Shown here: piece by piece, positions 8,501-18,143 of the stretch | Position numbering within the stretch: position 1 is the stretch's first letter | How the letters are laid out: every line of letters begins with the position of its first letter | Assembly: GCA_019510465.1 (NCBI GenBank) | Contig: JAEKKH010000145.1 | Location: 3,963 to 67,962, forward strand | Origin: Burkholderiales bacterium | Lineage (GTDB): Bacteria; Pseudomonadota; Gammaproteobacteria; Burkholderiales; Burkholderiaceae_C | Length of the DNA stretch: 64,000 nt | Direction of reading: 5' to 3' | Made by a program: the position numbers and the translations under genes | Notes under the pieces: generated by a model | What the model was told of the DNA's origin: nothing | The model's database searches: none | What the model saw: the letters and a program-made list of their open reading frames with translations, nothing else

Positions 8501-9361
8501 ATGAAGATCGCCACCCAGCTCCTGGTCATCGACCCGCAGAACGATTTCTGCGACGTGCCGGACGCCTACCGCCCGGTCGATCCGCTCACCGGCGCGGCCC
8601 TCGCGCCCGCCCTGCCCGTGGCCGGCGCCCATGCCGACATGCTGCGCACCGCGCAGTTCATCAGCACCGCCGGCGCATGGCTGGACGAGATCACCGTCAC
8701 GCTCGACTCGCACCACCAGGTCGACATCGCCCATCCCACGTTCTGGCAGGCGGCCGACGGCCAGGCCGTCGCCCCGTTCACGCAGATCACCGCCGCCCAG
8801 GTGCGCGCCGGCAGCTTCCTGCCGCGCGACCCCTCCGCCCTGCCGCGCACGCTGGCCTACCTCGACGGCCTCGAGTCGCGTGGCCGCTACGTGCTGATGG
8901 TGTGGCCGGTGCACTGCGAGATCGGCACCTGGGGCCACGATGTCCACGCCGACGTGCGCGACGCCTACAACCGCTGGGAGCGCGCCCGGCTGCGCAACGT
9001 GCGCAAGGTCAGCAAGGGCGAGAACCCGTGGACGGAGCACTACAGCGCCATCCAGGCCGAGGTGCCCGATCCGCGGGACGAGCACACGCAGCTCAACACG
9101 GCGCTGCTGGCCGCCCTCGGCCGCGCCGACCTGCTGTTCATCGCGGGCGAGGCCAGCAGCCACTGCGTGCGCGCCACCACCGAGCACATCGTCGCCAACC
9201 TGCCCGGCGGCCGCGTGGAACGACTCGTGCTGCTGACCGACTGCATGAGCCCGGTGGCCGGCTTCGAGGCGCAGCACCAGGCCTTCCTCGATGAGATGCG
9301 CGCCCGCGGCGTGCGGCTGGCCACGTCGACCGAGGCGCCCGGCCTGCTGGACGCCACCTGA
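8501..9361 (+). CDS. pncA: Nicotinamidase (cysteine hydrolase)
   Basis: VIDPQNDF, TLDSH, WPVHC, GEASSHCV catalytic motifs; first gene of the NAD operon. Confidence 0.85.
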   Translation: MKIATQLLVIDPQNDFCDVPDAYRPVDPLTGAALAPALPVAGAHADMLRTAQFISTAGAWLDEITVTLDSHHQVDIAHPTFWQAADGQAVAPFTQITAAQVRAGSFLPRDPSALPRTLAYLDGLESRGRYVLMVWPVHCEIGTWGHDVHADVRDAYNRWERARLRNVRKVSKGENPWTEHYSAIQAEVPDPRDEHTQLNTALLAALGRADLLFIAGEASSHCVRATTEHIVANLPGGRVERLVLLTDCMSPVAGFEAQHQAFLDEMRARGVRLATSTEAPGLLDAT

Positions 9362-9394
9362 GCGCCAGCCTCCGTCAACGATGAGAATGGCCCC

Positions 9395-10600
9395 ATGACC
9401 CCCATCATCCACAGCCTGCTCGAGACCGACCTCTACAAGTTCACGATGTGGCAGACGATGCTGCATCGCCATCCGCAGGCGCAGGCCGAGTACCGGTTCG
9501 TGTGCCGCAACGCGCCGGCGTTCCCGTTGTCCGAGCTGCTGGAACAGGTCGACGCCCAGCTCGATCACCTGTGCGCGCTGTCGTTCACCGAGGAGGAGCT
9601 GGGCTACATCGGCGCGCTGCGCTACGTCAAGAACGACTTCGTCGACTTCCTGCGCATCTTCCGCTTCCAGCGCCGCTTCGTCCGCGCGTCGGTCGCCGCG
9701 GACGGCCGCACGCTGGAGATCGTGGCCGAAGGCCCGCAGGTGCACGTGATGGCCTTCGAGATCTACGTGCTGGCGATCGTCAACGAACTGTACTTCCGGC
9801 GCGCCGACCAGGCCGCCGCGCTGGTCGAGGGTCGCAGCCGGCTGCGCGCCAAGATCGCCGCGCTGCGCGAGTTCGGCGCCCGCGAGCCGGCGTGCGCGCA
9901 TCCGTTCGAGTTCTTCGACTTCGGCGTGCGCCGCCGCTTCTCCGGCGCGTGGCAGGACGAGGTGGTGCGCACGCTGAAGGACGAGGTGCCCGAGTTCTTC
10001 AAGGGCACGTCCAACGTGCACCTCGCGAGGAAGTACGGGCTGGTGGCGATCGGCACGATGGCGCACGAATACCTGCAGTCGTACCAGGCCTTCGACGTGC
10101 GCCTGCGCGATTTCCAGAAGATGGCGCTCGAGAACTGGGTGCAGGAGTACCGCGGCGACCTCGGCGTGGCGCTGACCGACGTCGTCGGCATGGACGCCTT
10201 CCTGCGCGACTTCGACCTGTACTTCGCCAAGCTGTTCGACGGCCTGCGCCACGATTCGGGCGATCCGGTCGAATGGGGCGAGAAGGCACTCGCGCACTAC
10301 GCCAGGCTGCGCATCGACCCGCACACCAAGCGCCTGACGTTCTCGGACGGCCTCGACCTGGAGACGGCGTTCTCGATCTGGCGCCACTTCGCCGACCGCA
10401 CGCAGCTGGGCTTCGGCATCGGCACCACGCTCACCAACGACGTCGGCCTGGTGCCGCTGAACATCGTGATGAAGCTGACGCAGTGCAACGGCCAGCCGGT
10501 GGCCAAGCTGTCGGACTCGCCGGGCAAGACCCTGTGCAAGGACGAGACCTTCCTCGCCTACCTGCGCCAGGTCTTCCAGGTCGCACCCGAATTGCCCTGA
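9395..10600 (+). CDS. pncB: Nicotinate phosphoribosyltransferase
   Basis: [40 protein letters not shown]. Confidence 0.95.
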   Translation: MTPIIHSLLETDLYKFTMWQTMLHRHPQAQAEYRFVCRNAPAFPLSELLEQVDAQLDHLCALSFTEEELGYIGALRYVKNDFVDFLRIFRFQRRFVRASVAADGRTLEIVAEGPQVHVMAFEIYVLAIVNELYFRRADQAAALVEGRSRLRAKIAALREFGAREPACAHPFEFFDFGVRRRFSGAWQDEVVRTLKDEVPEFFKGTSNVHLARKYGLVAIGTMAHEYLQSYQAFDVRLRDFQKMALENWVQEYRGDLGVALTDVVGMDAFLRDFDLYFAKLFDGLRHDSGDPVEWGEKALAHYARLRIDPHTKRLTFSDGLDLETAFSIWRHFADRTQLGFGIGTTLTNDVGLVPLNIVMKLTQCNGQPVAKLSDSPGKTLCKDETFLAYLRQVFQVAPELP

Positions 10601-10611
10601 GGGCCCGCATC

Positions 10612-12312
10612 ATGCTCAAGATCACCGTCGCCCAGCTCAACTACATGGTCGGCGACATCGCCGGCAACGTCGGCAAGATGATCGCCGCCGCGCGCGAGGC
10701 CGCCGCGGCGCAGGCCGATCTCGTCGTGTTCTCCGAGCTCTCGCTCACGGGCTACTACCCCGGCGACCTGCTCGACGAGCCCGACTTCCTCGCGCGCGCC
10801 GCGCAAGGCCTGGCCGACCTGCAGGTCGCCTCGCAGGAGTTTCCGGCGCTGCACTGGATCGTCGGCGCCCCGCTCGAGCGCGACGGCGCGGGCAAGCGGC
10901 TGCTGAACGCGCTGGTGGTGCTCAAGGCGGGCCAGGTGGTGCTGCGCTACGCCAAGCAGCTGCTGCCCACGTACAACATCTTCGACGAGCTGCGCCACTT
11001 CGCGCCCGGCCCCGACGTCGCGCGCGTGCTGCGCATCCGCGGCACGCAGGTCGGGCTGATGATCTGCGAGGACGGCTGGAACGACAGCGGCGCCGACTAC
11101 GCCGTCAACCCGTTCTCGCGCCTGGCCGACGCCGCGCCCGACCTCGTGGTCTCGATCAACGCCAGCCCGTCGGACATCGGCAAGCGCGAGATGCGCCACC
11201 AGGTCTTCGGCGCGGCGTGCCGGCGCCACGGCTTCCCGCTGCTGTACGTCAACCAGATCGGCGGCCAGGACACCGTGGTCTTCGACGGCGCCTCGTTCGC
11301 GGTCGACGCGCAAGGCGCGGTCTGCTACGAGGCGCGCCGTTTCGTCGAGGACATCACCACCCTGGCGTTCGACGACGGCGCCTTCATGTCCGACGGCGGC
11401 GTGCCGTTGCCGCCGGTCTCGCCACGAGGCCTGTCGACGATGGCGTTCTATCGCGCGCAGATCGTGCTGGGCCTGCGCGACTACGCGCGCCGTTGCGGCT
11501 TCACGCGCGCGGTGATCGGCTCGTCGGGCGGCATCGACAGCGCGCTCACGCTCGCGCTGGCGGCGGACGCGCTGGGCGCCGGGAACGTCGTCGCGATCAC
11601 CATGCCCTCGGCGTACTCGTCGGCCGGCTCGGTGGACGACTCGGTGACGCTGTGCCGCAACCTCGGCGTGACGCTGCACACGAACCCGATCGCCGACACC
11701 GTGGCCGCGTTCGCCGCGCGGTTCGAGACCTCGTTCGGCCAGCCGCTGCAGGGCCTGCCGCTGGAGAACCTGCAGGCGCGCGTGCGCGGCACGACGCTGA
11801 TGGAATACTCCAACACGTACGGCCACCTGCTGCTGACCACCGGCAACAAGTCGGAGATCTCGGTGGGCTACTGCACGCTGTACGGCGACACCAACGGCGG
11901 CCTGGGCCTGATCGGCGACCTCTACAAGACCGAGGTGTTCGCCCTGGCGCGCCACGTCAACGAGGCCGCGGGCCGCGAGCTGATTCCGCAGGCCATCATC
12001 GACAAGGAACCCTCGGCCGAGCTCGCGCCGGGGCAGCGCGACACGGACAGCCTGCCGCCCTACCCCGTGCTCGACGAGATCCTGAAGCTGCTGATCGAAG
12101 GCGACCGGCTGGCTCCGGCCGAACGGCTGCACGCCCGTGAGTTCGTCACGCAGCTGCGCGCCTCGCCGGAAGGCGCCGCGCTGGTGCTGCGCGTGCGCGG
12201 GCTCATCGCGCGCAACGAGTACAAGCGCCGCCAGGCCCCACCCATCATCCGGCTGCGCTCGCGTGCGTTCGGCAGCGGGCGCCAGATGCCCATCGCGGCC
12301 ATGGTCGCCTGA
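10612..12312 (+). CDS. nadE: Glutamine-dependent NAD+ synthetase
   Basis: Nitrilase-like domain (FSEL, K, ICEDGW) plus SGGIDS, ENLQARVRG, TGNKSE, PSAELAPGQRD, EYKRRQAP. Confidence 0.95.
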   Translation: MLKITVAQLNYMVGDIAGNVGKMIAAAREAAAAQADLVVFSELSLTGYYPGDLLDEPDFLARAAQGLADLQVASQEFPALHWIVGAPLERDGAGKRLLNALVVLKAGQVVLRYAKQLLPTYNIFDELRHFAPGPDVARVLRIRGTQVGLMICEDGWNDSGADYAVNPFSRLADAAPDLVVSINASPSDIGKREMRHQVFGAACRRHGFPLLYVNQIGGQDTVVFDGASFAVDAQGAVCYEARRFVEDITTLAFDDGAFMSDGGVPLPPVSPRGLSTMAFYRAQIVLGLRDYARRCGFTRAVIGSSGGIDSALTLALAADALGAGNVVAITMPSAYSSAGSVDDSVTLCRNLGVTLHTNPIADTVAAFAARFETSFGQPLQGLPLENLQARVRGTTLMEYSNTYGHLLLTTGNKSEISVGYCTLYGDTNGGLGLIGDLYKTEVFALARHVNEAAGRELIPQAIIDKEPSAELAPGQRDTDSLPPYPVLDEILKLLIEGDRLAPAERLHAREFVTQLRASPEGAALVLRVRGLIARNEYKRRQAPPIIRLRSRAFGSGRQMPIAAMVA

Positions 12313-12326
12313 CGACAAGGACCGCC

Positions 12327-13403
12327 ATGCCCTCCGACATCGCCGTCCTCGTCGGCCGCTTCCAGCCCTTCCACGACGCGCACCTCGCCCTGCTCGGGCG
12401 CGCGCTCGCGGCCGCGTCGCGCTGCGTCGTCGTCATCGGCTCCGCGTTCCAGGCGCGTACGCCCAAGAACCCGTTCACGTGGAAGGAGCGCGCGGAGATG
12501 ATCCGGCAGGCGCTGCCCGAGGCCGATCGCGCGCGCCTGGCCATCGTGCCGATGCGCGACTACTACGACGAGGCGCGCTGGGTCGCGTCGGTGCGCGAGG
12601 TGGTCGCCACGCTGCTGCCGCCCGAGGAGGCGCCGCGCGTCACGCTGGTCGGCCACCTCAAGGATGCCACCAGCAGCTACCTCGCCGCGTTCCCCGGCTG
12701 GACGCTGGCATCCGTCGACCGCCTGCCCGGCGCCGGCGCCACGCAGCTGCGCGACGCGCTGTTCGCGGCGCAGCCCGCCGACGAGCACACGCCGCCGGCC
12801 GTCGACGCCGCGCTCGCCGCCTTCGTCGACCAGGTGCCCCCGTCCACCATCGCCTTCCTGCGCGCGTGGACGGCCATGCCGCACTACGCCGAGCTGGCGG
12901 CCGAATGGCGCATGCTCAAGCGCTACCGGGAGGCCTGGCGGGCCGCGCCGCACGAGCCCACGTTCGTGACCGTCGACGCGGTGGTGCAGTGCGCCGGCCG
13001 AGTGCTCCTGATCCAGCGCGGCAAGGCGCCCGGCCGCGGGCTGTTCGCGGTGCCCGGCGGCTTCCTGGAGCCGCGCGAGACCTGCTGGCAGTCGTGCCTG
13101 CGCGAGCTGGAGGAGGAGACGCACCTGAAGCTGCTGGACGCGACGATGCGCCGCAGCCTGCGCTCGCTGGCCGTGTTCGACCATCCCGACCGCAGCCAGC
13201 GCGGCCGCACCATCACGCACGCGCACCACTTCGACCTCGGCGACCGCGAGCTGCCCGAGGTGCGCGCGGACGACGACGCGGCCTCGGTGCAGTGGGTGCC
13301 CATCGCCGACCTCGCCGCGATGGAGGACCGGTTCTTCGACGACCATTTCCACATGCTGGACCACTTCCTCGGCGTCACCGGCGCGCCTGAACCGCGGGTT
13401 TGA
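12327..13403 (+). CDS. nadM: Bifunctional NMN/NaMN adenylyltransferase / Nudix (ADP-ribose) hydrolase
   Basis: GRFQPFHDAH, IGSA, KNPFT; Nudix box GGFLEPRET...RELEEET; PDRSQRGRTITH. Confidence 0.92.
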   Translation: MPSDIAVLVGRFQPFHDAHLALLGRALAAASRCVVVIGSAFQARTPKNPFTWKERAEMIRQALPEADRARLAIVPMRDYYDEARWVASVREVVATLLPPEEAPRVTLVGHLKDATSSYLAAFPGWTLASVDRLPGAGATQLRDALFAAQPADEHTPPAVDAALAAFVDQVPPSTIAFLRAWTAMPHYAELAAEWRMLKRYREAWRAAPHEPTFVTVDAVVQCAGRVLLIQRGKAPGRGLFAVPGGFLEPRETCWQSCLRELEEETHLKLLDATMRRSLRSLAVFDHPDRSQRGRTITHAHHFDLGDRELPEVRADDDAASVQWVPIADLAAMEDRFFDDHFHMLDHFLGVTGAPEPRV

Positions 13404-13470
13404 CGGGTGGGCCCGCCGCCGCCCGACGGCTAACATCGCGCGGGCCGAAGCCGGCCCACCGCACTCCTTC

Positions 13471-15834
13471 ATGGCGACGTACAAAGGCATCTCCTTCCCC
13501 GACGCCGTGGCGCCGCTGGTGCGCCACATGCCGTCCGTCGGCGACCATCGCGAGGCGCTCGCCGCGCTGAGCGCCACCTGGGACACACTCGGGCTGCTGG
13601 CGCACCTGTCCAACCTGAAGGCCGACATGCGCGAGGTGCGCGCGGGCTTCGGCGAGCTCACCGGCGAGCTGCTCGCGTGCCTGGCCGAGGAGACGCTCGC
13701 GCTGGCCCGCGGCCCGCTGGGCCACCAGGCCCGGATCGCCATCGACGTGCTCACGCGCAACCTGTTCGAACGCACGGCGGACATCGGCTTCCTGGCGACC
13801 GACGCAGCCATCGTCGGGTCCTGCCTCGACCGCGATCCCGCGCGCCTGGCCGCGCTACGCGAGCGCCTGCGCGCCTTCGCCGCGCGCTACACCGTCTATC
13901 GCGACATCGTGCTGCTGGGGCCCGACGGCCGCGTGCTGACCCGGCTGGTCGACGGGTTCGCGGGCTGGTCCAGCTCGTCCATCATCGGCCGCGCGCTGAG
14001 CGGCCAGGGCGGCTGGGTCGAGACGTACGAGGCCACCGATTTCTGCGGCGACGCGGCGGCGTTGACCCATGCCTGGCGCGTCGAGCACGAGGGCCGCGCG
14101 GTCGGCGTGCTGGCGCTGGTCTTCGACCTGGAACATGAAGCCGCCCTGATCTTCGACAGGCTGGCGCGCGAGGACGAAGTGCTGGCCTTCGTCGACGCGG
14201 ACGACCGCGTCGTGCTCTCCAGCGATGCCGCGCGCCTGCCCCCCGGGCGTCGCATCGCGCCGCGGCCGGACGCCGCGGCATTGCGGCTGGGCGGCGTCAC
14301 GCACGTCGTCGCGCGGCGCGCCGGGCAGGCATACCAGGGCTATGCGGGCCCGGGCTGGGCCGCCCTCGCGCTGGCGCCCGTCGAACTGGCGTTCGGCGGC
14401 GAGGCCGGCGACGCCGGGCCGGTGGGGTTCAGCGGCGAGAACGTCTTCTCGCCGCGGCTGCGCGACGTGCCGGTGCGCGCACGCGAGATCCAGCGCCGCC
14501 TCGACCGCATGGTGTGGAACGGCCGCATCCACCAGGCCAGCGAGGCCAGCGCATTCTCGCGCGCGCTGCTCGAGGAGATCGCCGCCACCGGCCGCCGCAC
14601 CAAGGACCAGTTCGAGCGCGCGTCGTCGCAGTTGCTGGCGACCGTCGCGGCGGGCCTGCAGGCCGGGGCGCGCCTGCTCGCCGAGCTGTCCGTCGACATC
14701 CTGTCGCGCAGCCTGTACGAGCGCGCCAACGACGTCCGCTGGTGGGCCGCCGACGCGGCGCTCGCCACGCTCGACGCCGGCGCCGCCCGCGCCACGCTCG
14801 CGCGCCTGAACGGCCTGTACACGGTCTACGCGAACCTGCTGGTGTTCGACGCGCAAGGCCGGGTCCTCGCCGCCAGCCGCGACGCCGGCGTCGAGGGTTG
14901 CACGCTCGCGAACCCCTGGGTCGCCGAGTGCCTCGCGCTGCGCGACCCGATGCGCTGCGCCGTCTCGCCTTTCGAGAGCGGCGCCCTCTACCGCGGCGCC
15001 GGCACCTGGGTGTTCGCCGCGCCGCTGCTGGTCGACGACCGCGCCGTCGGCGGCGTCGCGGCGGTGTTCGACGCCACGCCGCAGCTCGAGGCCATACTGC
15101 GCGAGGGGCTGCCCGACGCGCCGGGCGCGCTGGCCGCGTTCTGCCTGCCCGACGGCAGCGTCGTCGGCCGCACCGGCGAGTTGCACGTGACGCTGCCCGC
15201 CAGCGTGCTGGCGCTGGCCCCGGGGCAGTCCTGGTCGGGCCTGCTGGCGGAGGCCGGCCAGTGCTTCATCGTCGGCGCCAGCGCCGCCAGCGGCTACCGG
15301 GAGTTCCGGCATGGCGATGGCGGCGTCGAACCGGTGGTCGGCGTCGTCGTGATCCCGTGCGGGCAGGCCGTCGGCTCCCTCGGCGCCGCGCCGCCGCTGG
15401 TGGCCGACGCGCCGGACGGCGTCGAGATCGCCAGCTTCCTGATCGGCGACCAGTTGCTGGGCGTGCCGGCCCGCGACGTCGTCGAATGCATCGAGGTGAC
15501 CGCGGCCGTGCGCGTCTGGCGCGGCGGCTTCGCGCAGCGCCACGTCGGCTTCGTCACCTGGAACGACAGGGCGCTGCCCCTGGTGGACATCGCCGCGGAT
15601 GTCGGCGCACCCGGCGCCGCGCACCGCCACGCGGTCGTGCTGCGCGCCGGCGCGCAAGCCTATGGCCTGCTGGTGTCCGAGCTGGGCCCGGTGGCCGCCA
15701 TGAAGCTCGGCGACGAGCGCGGGCTGGCCGGCCAGGGCGGTCTCGCCCGCCTCATCGCGCAGCTCGCGCGATCGGGCTCGATGCTGATTCCGGTGCTGTC
15801 GCCGGAGGCGATCTTCGGCGGCCCGGCGGGCTGA
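13471..15834 (+). CDS. Soluble protein with two Cache-like repeats and a C-terminal CheW domain
   Basis: Internal repeat IDVLTRNLFERTADIGFLA / VDILSRSLYERANDVRWWA, each followed by YTVYxxxxxxxxxGRVL; CheW-like tail (ASFLIGDQLLGVPARDVVE...LPLVD...YGLLVSELG); no clear TM. Confidence 0.7.
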   Translation: MATYKGISFPDAVAPLVRHMPSVGDHREALAALSATWDTLGLLAHLSNLKADMREVRAGFGELTGELLACLAEETLALARGPLGHQARIAIDVLTRNLFERTADIGFLATDAAIVGSCLDRDPARLAALRERLRAFAARYTVYRDIVLLGPDGRVLTRLVDGFAGWSSSSIIGRALSGQGGWVETYEATDFCGDAAALTHAWRVEHEGRAVGVLALVFDLEHEAALIFDRLAREDEVLAFVDADDRVVLSSDAARLPPGRRIAPRPDAAALRLGGVTHVVARRAGQAYQGYAGPGWAALALAPVELAFGGEAGDAGPVGFSGENVFSPRLRDVPVRAREIQRRLDRMVWNGRIHQASEASAFSRALLEEIAATGRRTKDQFERASSQLLATVAAGLQAGARLLAELSVDILSRSLYERANDVRWWAADAALATLDAGAARATLARLNGLYTVYANLLVFDAQGRVLAASRDAGVEGCTLANPWVAECLALRDPMRCAVSPFESGALYRGAGTWVFAAPLLVDDRAVGGVAAVFDATPQLEAILREGLPDAPGALAAFCLPDGSVVGRTGELHVTLPASVLALAPGQSWSGLLAEAGQCFIVGASAASGYREFRHGDGGVEPVVGVVVIPCGQAVGSLGAAPPLVADAPDGVEIASFLIGDQLLGVPARDVVECIEVTAAVRVWRGGFAQRHVGFVTWNDRALPLVDIAADVGAPGAAHRHAVVLRAGAQAYGLLVSELGPVAAMKLGDERGLAGQGGLARLIAQLARSGSMLIPVLSPEAIFGGPAG

Positions 15835-15916
15835 TGCGACGGCCGCGCCGCCCCGTCGGCGGGTCGCTCGGCCTGCGATCCATGGCCGCCCCGCGGGGCC
15901 TCGTTCGCCCAGGACA

Positions 15917-15938
15917 CGCCCGACCCGCGGGTCGGGCG
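15917..15938. terminator. Perfect 22-bp palindrome between convergent genes (probable terminator hairpin)
   Basis: CGCCCGACCCGCGGGTCGGGCG. Confidence 0.45.
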
Positions 15939-15945
15939 ACTCGCC

Positions 15946-17811
15946 TCAGCGCCGCGCCTCGAGCAGCGCGACCGAGCGCTTCTCGTCCATCAGGTGCCGG
16001 CGGCCGTCGGGCGTGTCGGTGGCGCCGTCGCGGATCAGCGCGATGGTCTGCGCGGGCGTCAGGGCCGGGTCGAGCGCGATCAGCTTGGCCGCGAGATTGA
16101 CGACGTTGGGCGACGCCATGGAGGTGCCCGACAGCCGCACGCGCTGGCCGCCCGGCACGAAGCTCTCGACCTGGTAGCCGTCGCTGTGCACCAGCACGGT
16201 GGCGCCGTGGCTGGTGAAGGACGTCTCCTCGCCGGCCTGGTTGACGGCGCCCACCGCGATGAGGTTGGGCAGGTGCAGCGAGGCCGGCACGTCGCCGAGG
16301 AAGCCGGCGTCGCTGTCGCTGTTGCCGGCCGCGGTGACGAACAAGGTGTCCGGCGCGGACTTGATCGCGTTCTCGATCGCCTCGCGCCACAACGCGAACA
16401 GCTCGCCCGCCTTCTTCTTGCGCGCGGCGGCGTCGGCACCGCCGCCGGTCTTGGACAGCCACGTCTCGAACTCGGCCGCGTCGTCGCCCCAGCTCATGTT
16501 GACCACGCGCACGTGGCGCGTGCGGAAGTAGTCGGCCATCTGCTGGAAGTCGGCGCCGATCTTGCGGACCCACGCCTGCGTGGGCGCGAAGGGGAAGTCC
16601 GGCAGCTGGTCGTCGAAGCGGGCCACCACCAGGCGTGCCGCGGGATTGCCGCGCACCGCGATGCCGGCGCAGTGCGTGCCGTGCACGTAGAAGCCCAGCA
16701 CCTTGTCGAACTCCTGCATCGCGTGCATCTCTTGCGGCGACATCGTGCGGTACTTCTTCTGCACCGCCAGCGCGTCCGGGGAGTCGACGCCGTTCTGCAG
16801 GTCGAGCCGGCCGCGGATCTCCTGCTGGAACGCCGGGTAGGCCGCCTTCTGCGCGGCGCTGAGCGGATACGTCCAGGCCCTGGACGCATTGCCGTAGTCG
16901 TCGAACGCCAGGCCGTGCGAGCCGCTGGCGGTCGGCCGGGTGTCGGTGAACACCTGCCCGGGGAACAGCGCCACGTCGATGCCCGAATCCCAGATCGCCA
17001 CGTTGACGGGCGTGAGCTTGTCGGCCGCGGTGAGCGTCACCTCGCGCGCCGACCAGATCTCGGGCACCGGCGTGTCGTTCTTCGCGATGTAGGCCTTGAG
17101 CACGTCGGCGCGCGCGGTGGCCAGCGGCAGCGCGTACTTCAGGTCGACGCGGGTGGCGATCAGCTCCCAGGCCTCGCCCGAGTCGAGCGCGCCCGACTTG
17201 GCGACGGCCGGGTCGAGCTCCGTCGTGACGTCGCCGAGATCCGCCGCGCGGCTGGCGATGCGCGCGCGGCCATATGAACTCTTGATGCCGTCCTTGACCA
17301 CCGCCCACGGCAGCGGCGCGATCGCTTCGGCGTAGTGCTTGCGGAACGCCGCCTCGAATGCCGGGCCCGACTCGCCACCGGCGTCGAGCGCGGCCTGCAG
17401 GCGCGCCTTGGCGAACAGCCCGGTCAGGGCCTGCGACGCCGGCTTGGTCTGCTGCGCGCGCAGCTCGTCGACGGTCTTCAGCGCGCCGGAGTGGTCGCCG
17501 GCGATCTCCTGCACGTTCAGCTTGGCGGACAGCAGCTCGGACAGCGTGGACTTGTCATCGATCTGGTAGCCGGCGAGCACGCCGTCGATGTCCTGGCCGA
17601 CCTTGGCCGCGAACGCACCGAAGCCGTCGGATTCGACGAACTTCGTGGCCGTGCCCGCGACCGGATAGCTGAAGCGCGGCAGGTCGGTCTGCTGGGTGAT
17701 CACCTTCTTCGCGGGCGCCGAGGCCGCGGCGTCCTGGCCGTGGGCGGCGGGCGCCAGGGCCAGCGCAATGGCGCAGGCGAGGGTCGACAGGGCGTGGCGG
17801 CAGGGAGTCAT
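15946..17811 (-). CDS. Secreted S8 (subtilisin-like) serine peptidase
   Basis: Signal peptide; catalytic triad AIWDSG / HGTHCAG / GTSMASP; AAGN oxyanion motif. Confidence 0.92.
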   Translation of the reverse strand: MTPCRHALSTLACAIALALAPAAHGQDAAASAPAKKVITQQTDLPRFSYPVAGTATKFVESDGFGAFAAKVGQDIDGVLAGYQIDDKSTLSELLSAKLNVQEIAGDHSGALKTVDELRAQQTKPASQALTGLFAKARLQAALDAGGESGPAFEAAFRKHYAEAIAPLPWAVVKDGIKSSYGRARIASRAADLGDVTTELDPAVAKSGALDSGEAWELIATRVDLKYALPLATARADVLKAYIAKNDTPVPEIWSAREVTLTAADKLTPVNVAIWDSGIDVALFPGQVFTDTRPTASGSHGLAFDDYGNASRAWTYPLSAAQKAAYPAFQQEIRGRLDLQNGVDSPDALAVQKKYRTMSPQEMHAMQEFDKVLGFYVHGTHCAGIAVRGNPAARLVVARFDDQLPDFPFAPTQAWVRKIGADFQQMADYFRTRHVRVVNMSWGDDAAEFETWLSKTGGGADAAARKKKAGELFALWREAIENAIKSAPDTLFVTAAGNSDSDAGFLGDVPASLHLPNLIAVGAVNQAGEETSFTSHGATVLVHSDGYQVESFVPGGQRVRLSGTSMASPNVVNLAAKLIALDPALTPAQTIALIRDGATDTPDGRRHLMDEKRSVALLEARR

Positions 17812-18075
17812 CGGTGGGTCTCCGGCGATTGGAATGACGGGTTATACGACGCGCGCGGTGATGTCACGACAATCTTTCACCTGGTCGGCGGGAGGCGCCA
17901 GCCTAGCGCCGCGCGCGAAGCCGGCGCCACCGCGTTGCGACGAACGGGCGAAAACGGGGCGTGCGAGACGGCTCGGAAGGCGAGTGATGCCTGTCGAAGA
18001 CGAGCACACGATCGCGGGTCGCGGCACCGTCTCTACGGCAGGCCGGCCGACAGCTTCTCGCCATCGCTCCGACGT

Positions 18076-18093
18076 TAGTTGTTCAATACAACC
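18076..18093. promoter_or_regulatory. Probable NrtR autoregulatory operator
   Basis: TAGTTGT-TCAAT-ACAACC, matching 8441..8458. Confidence 0.7.
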
Positions 18094-18143
18094 AAAAAGG
18101 CGTACAGTACAACCCATCGACCAGAGCGTCAGGCAGGACGTCC

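Noticed and set aside
8501-13403. Phage NARP-type anti-defence pathway
   Set aside because: No phage genes nearby; the enzymes are the bacterial PncA/PncB/NadE route, not Adps/Namat or Nampt.
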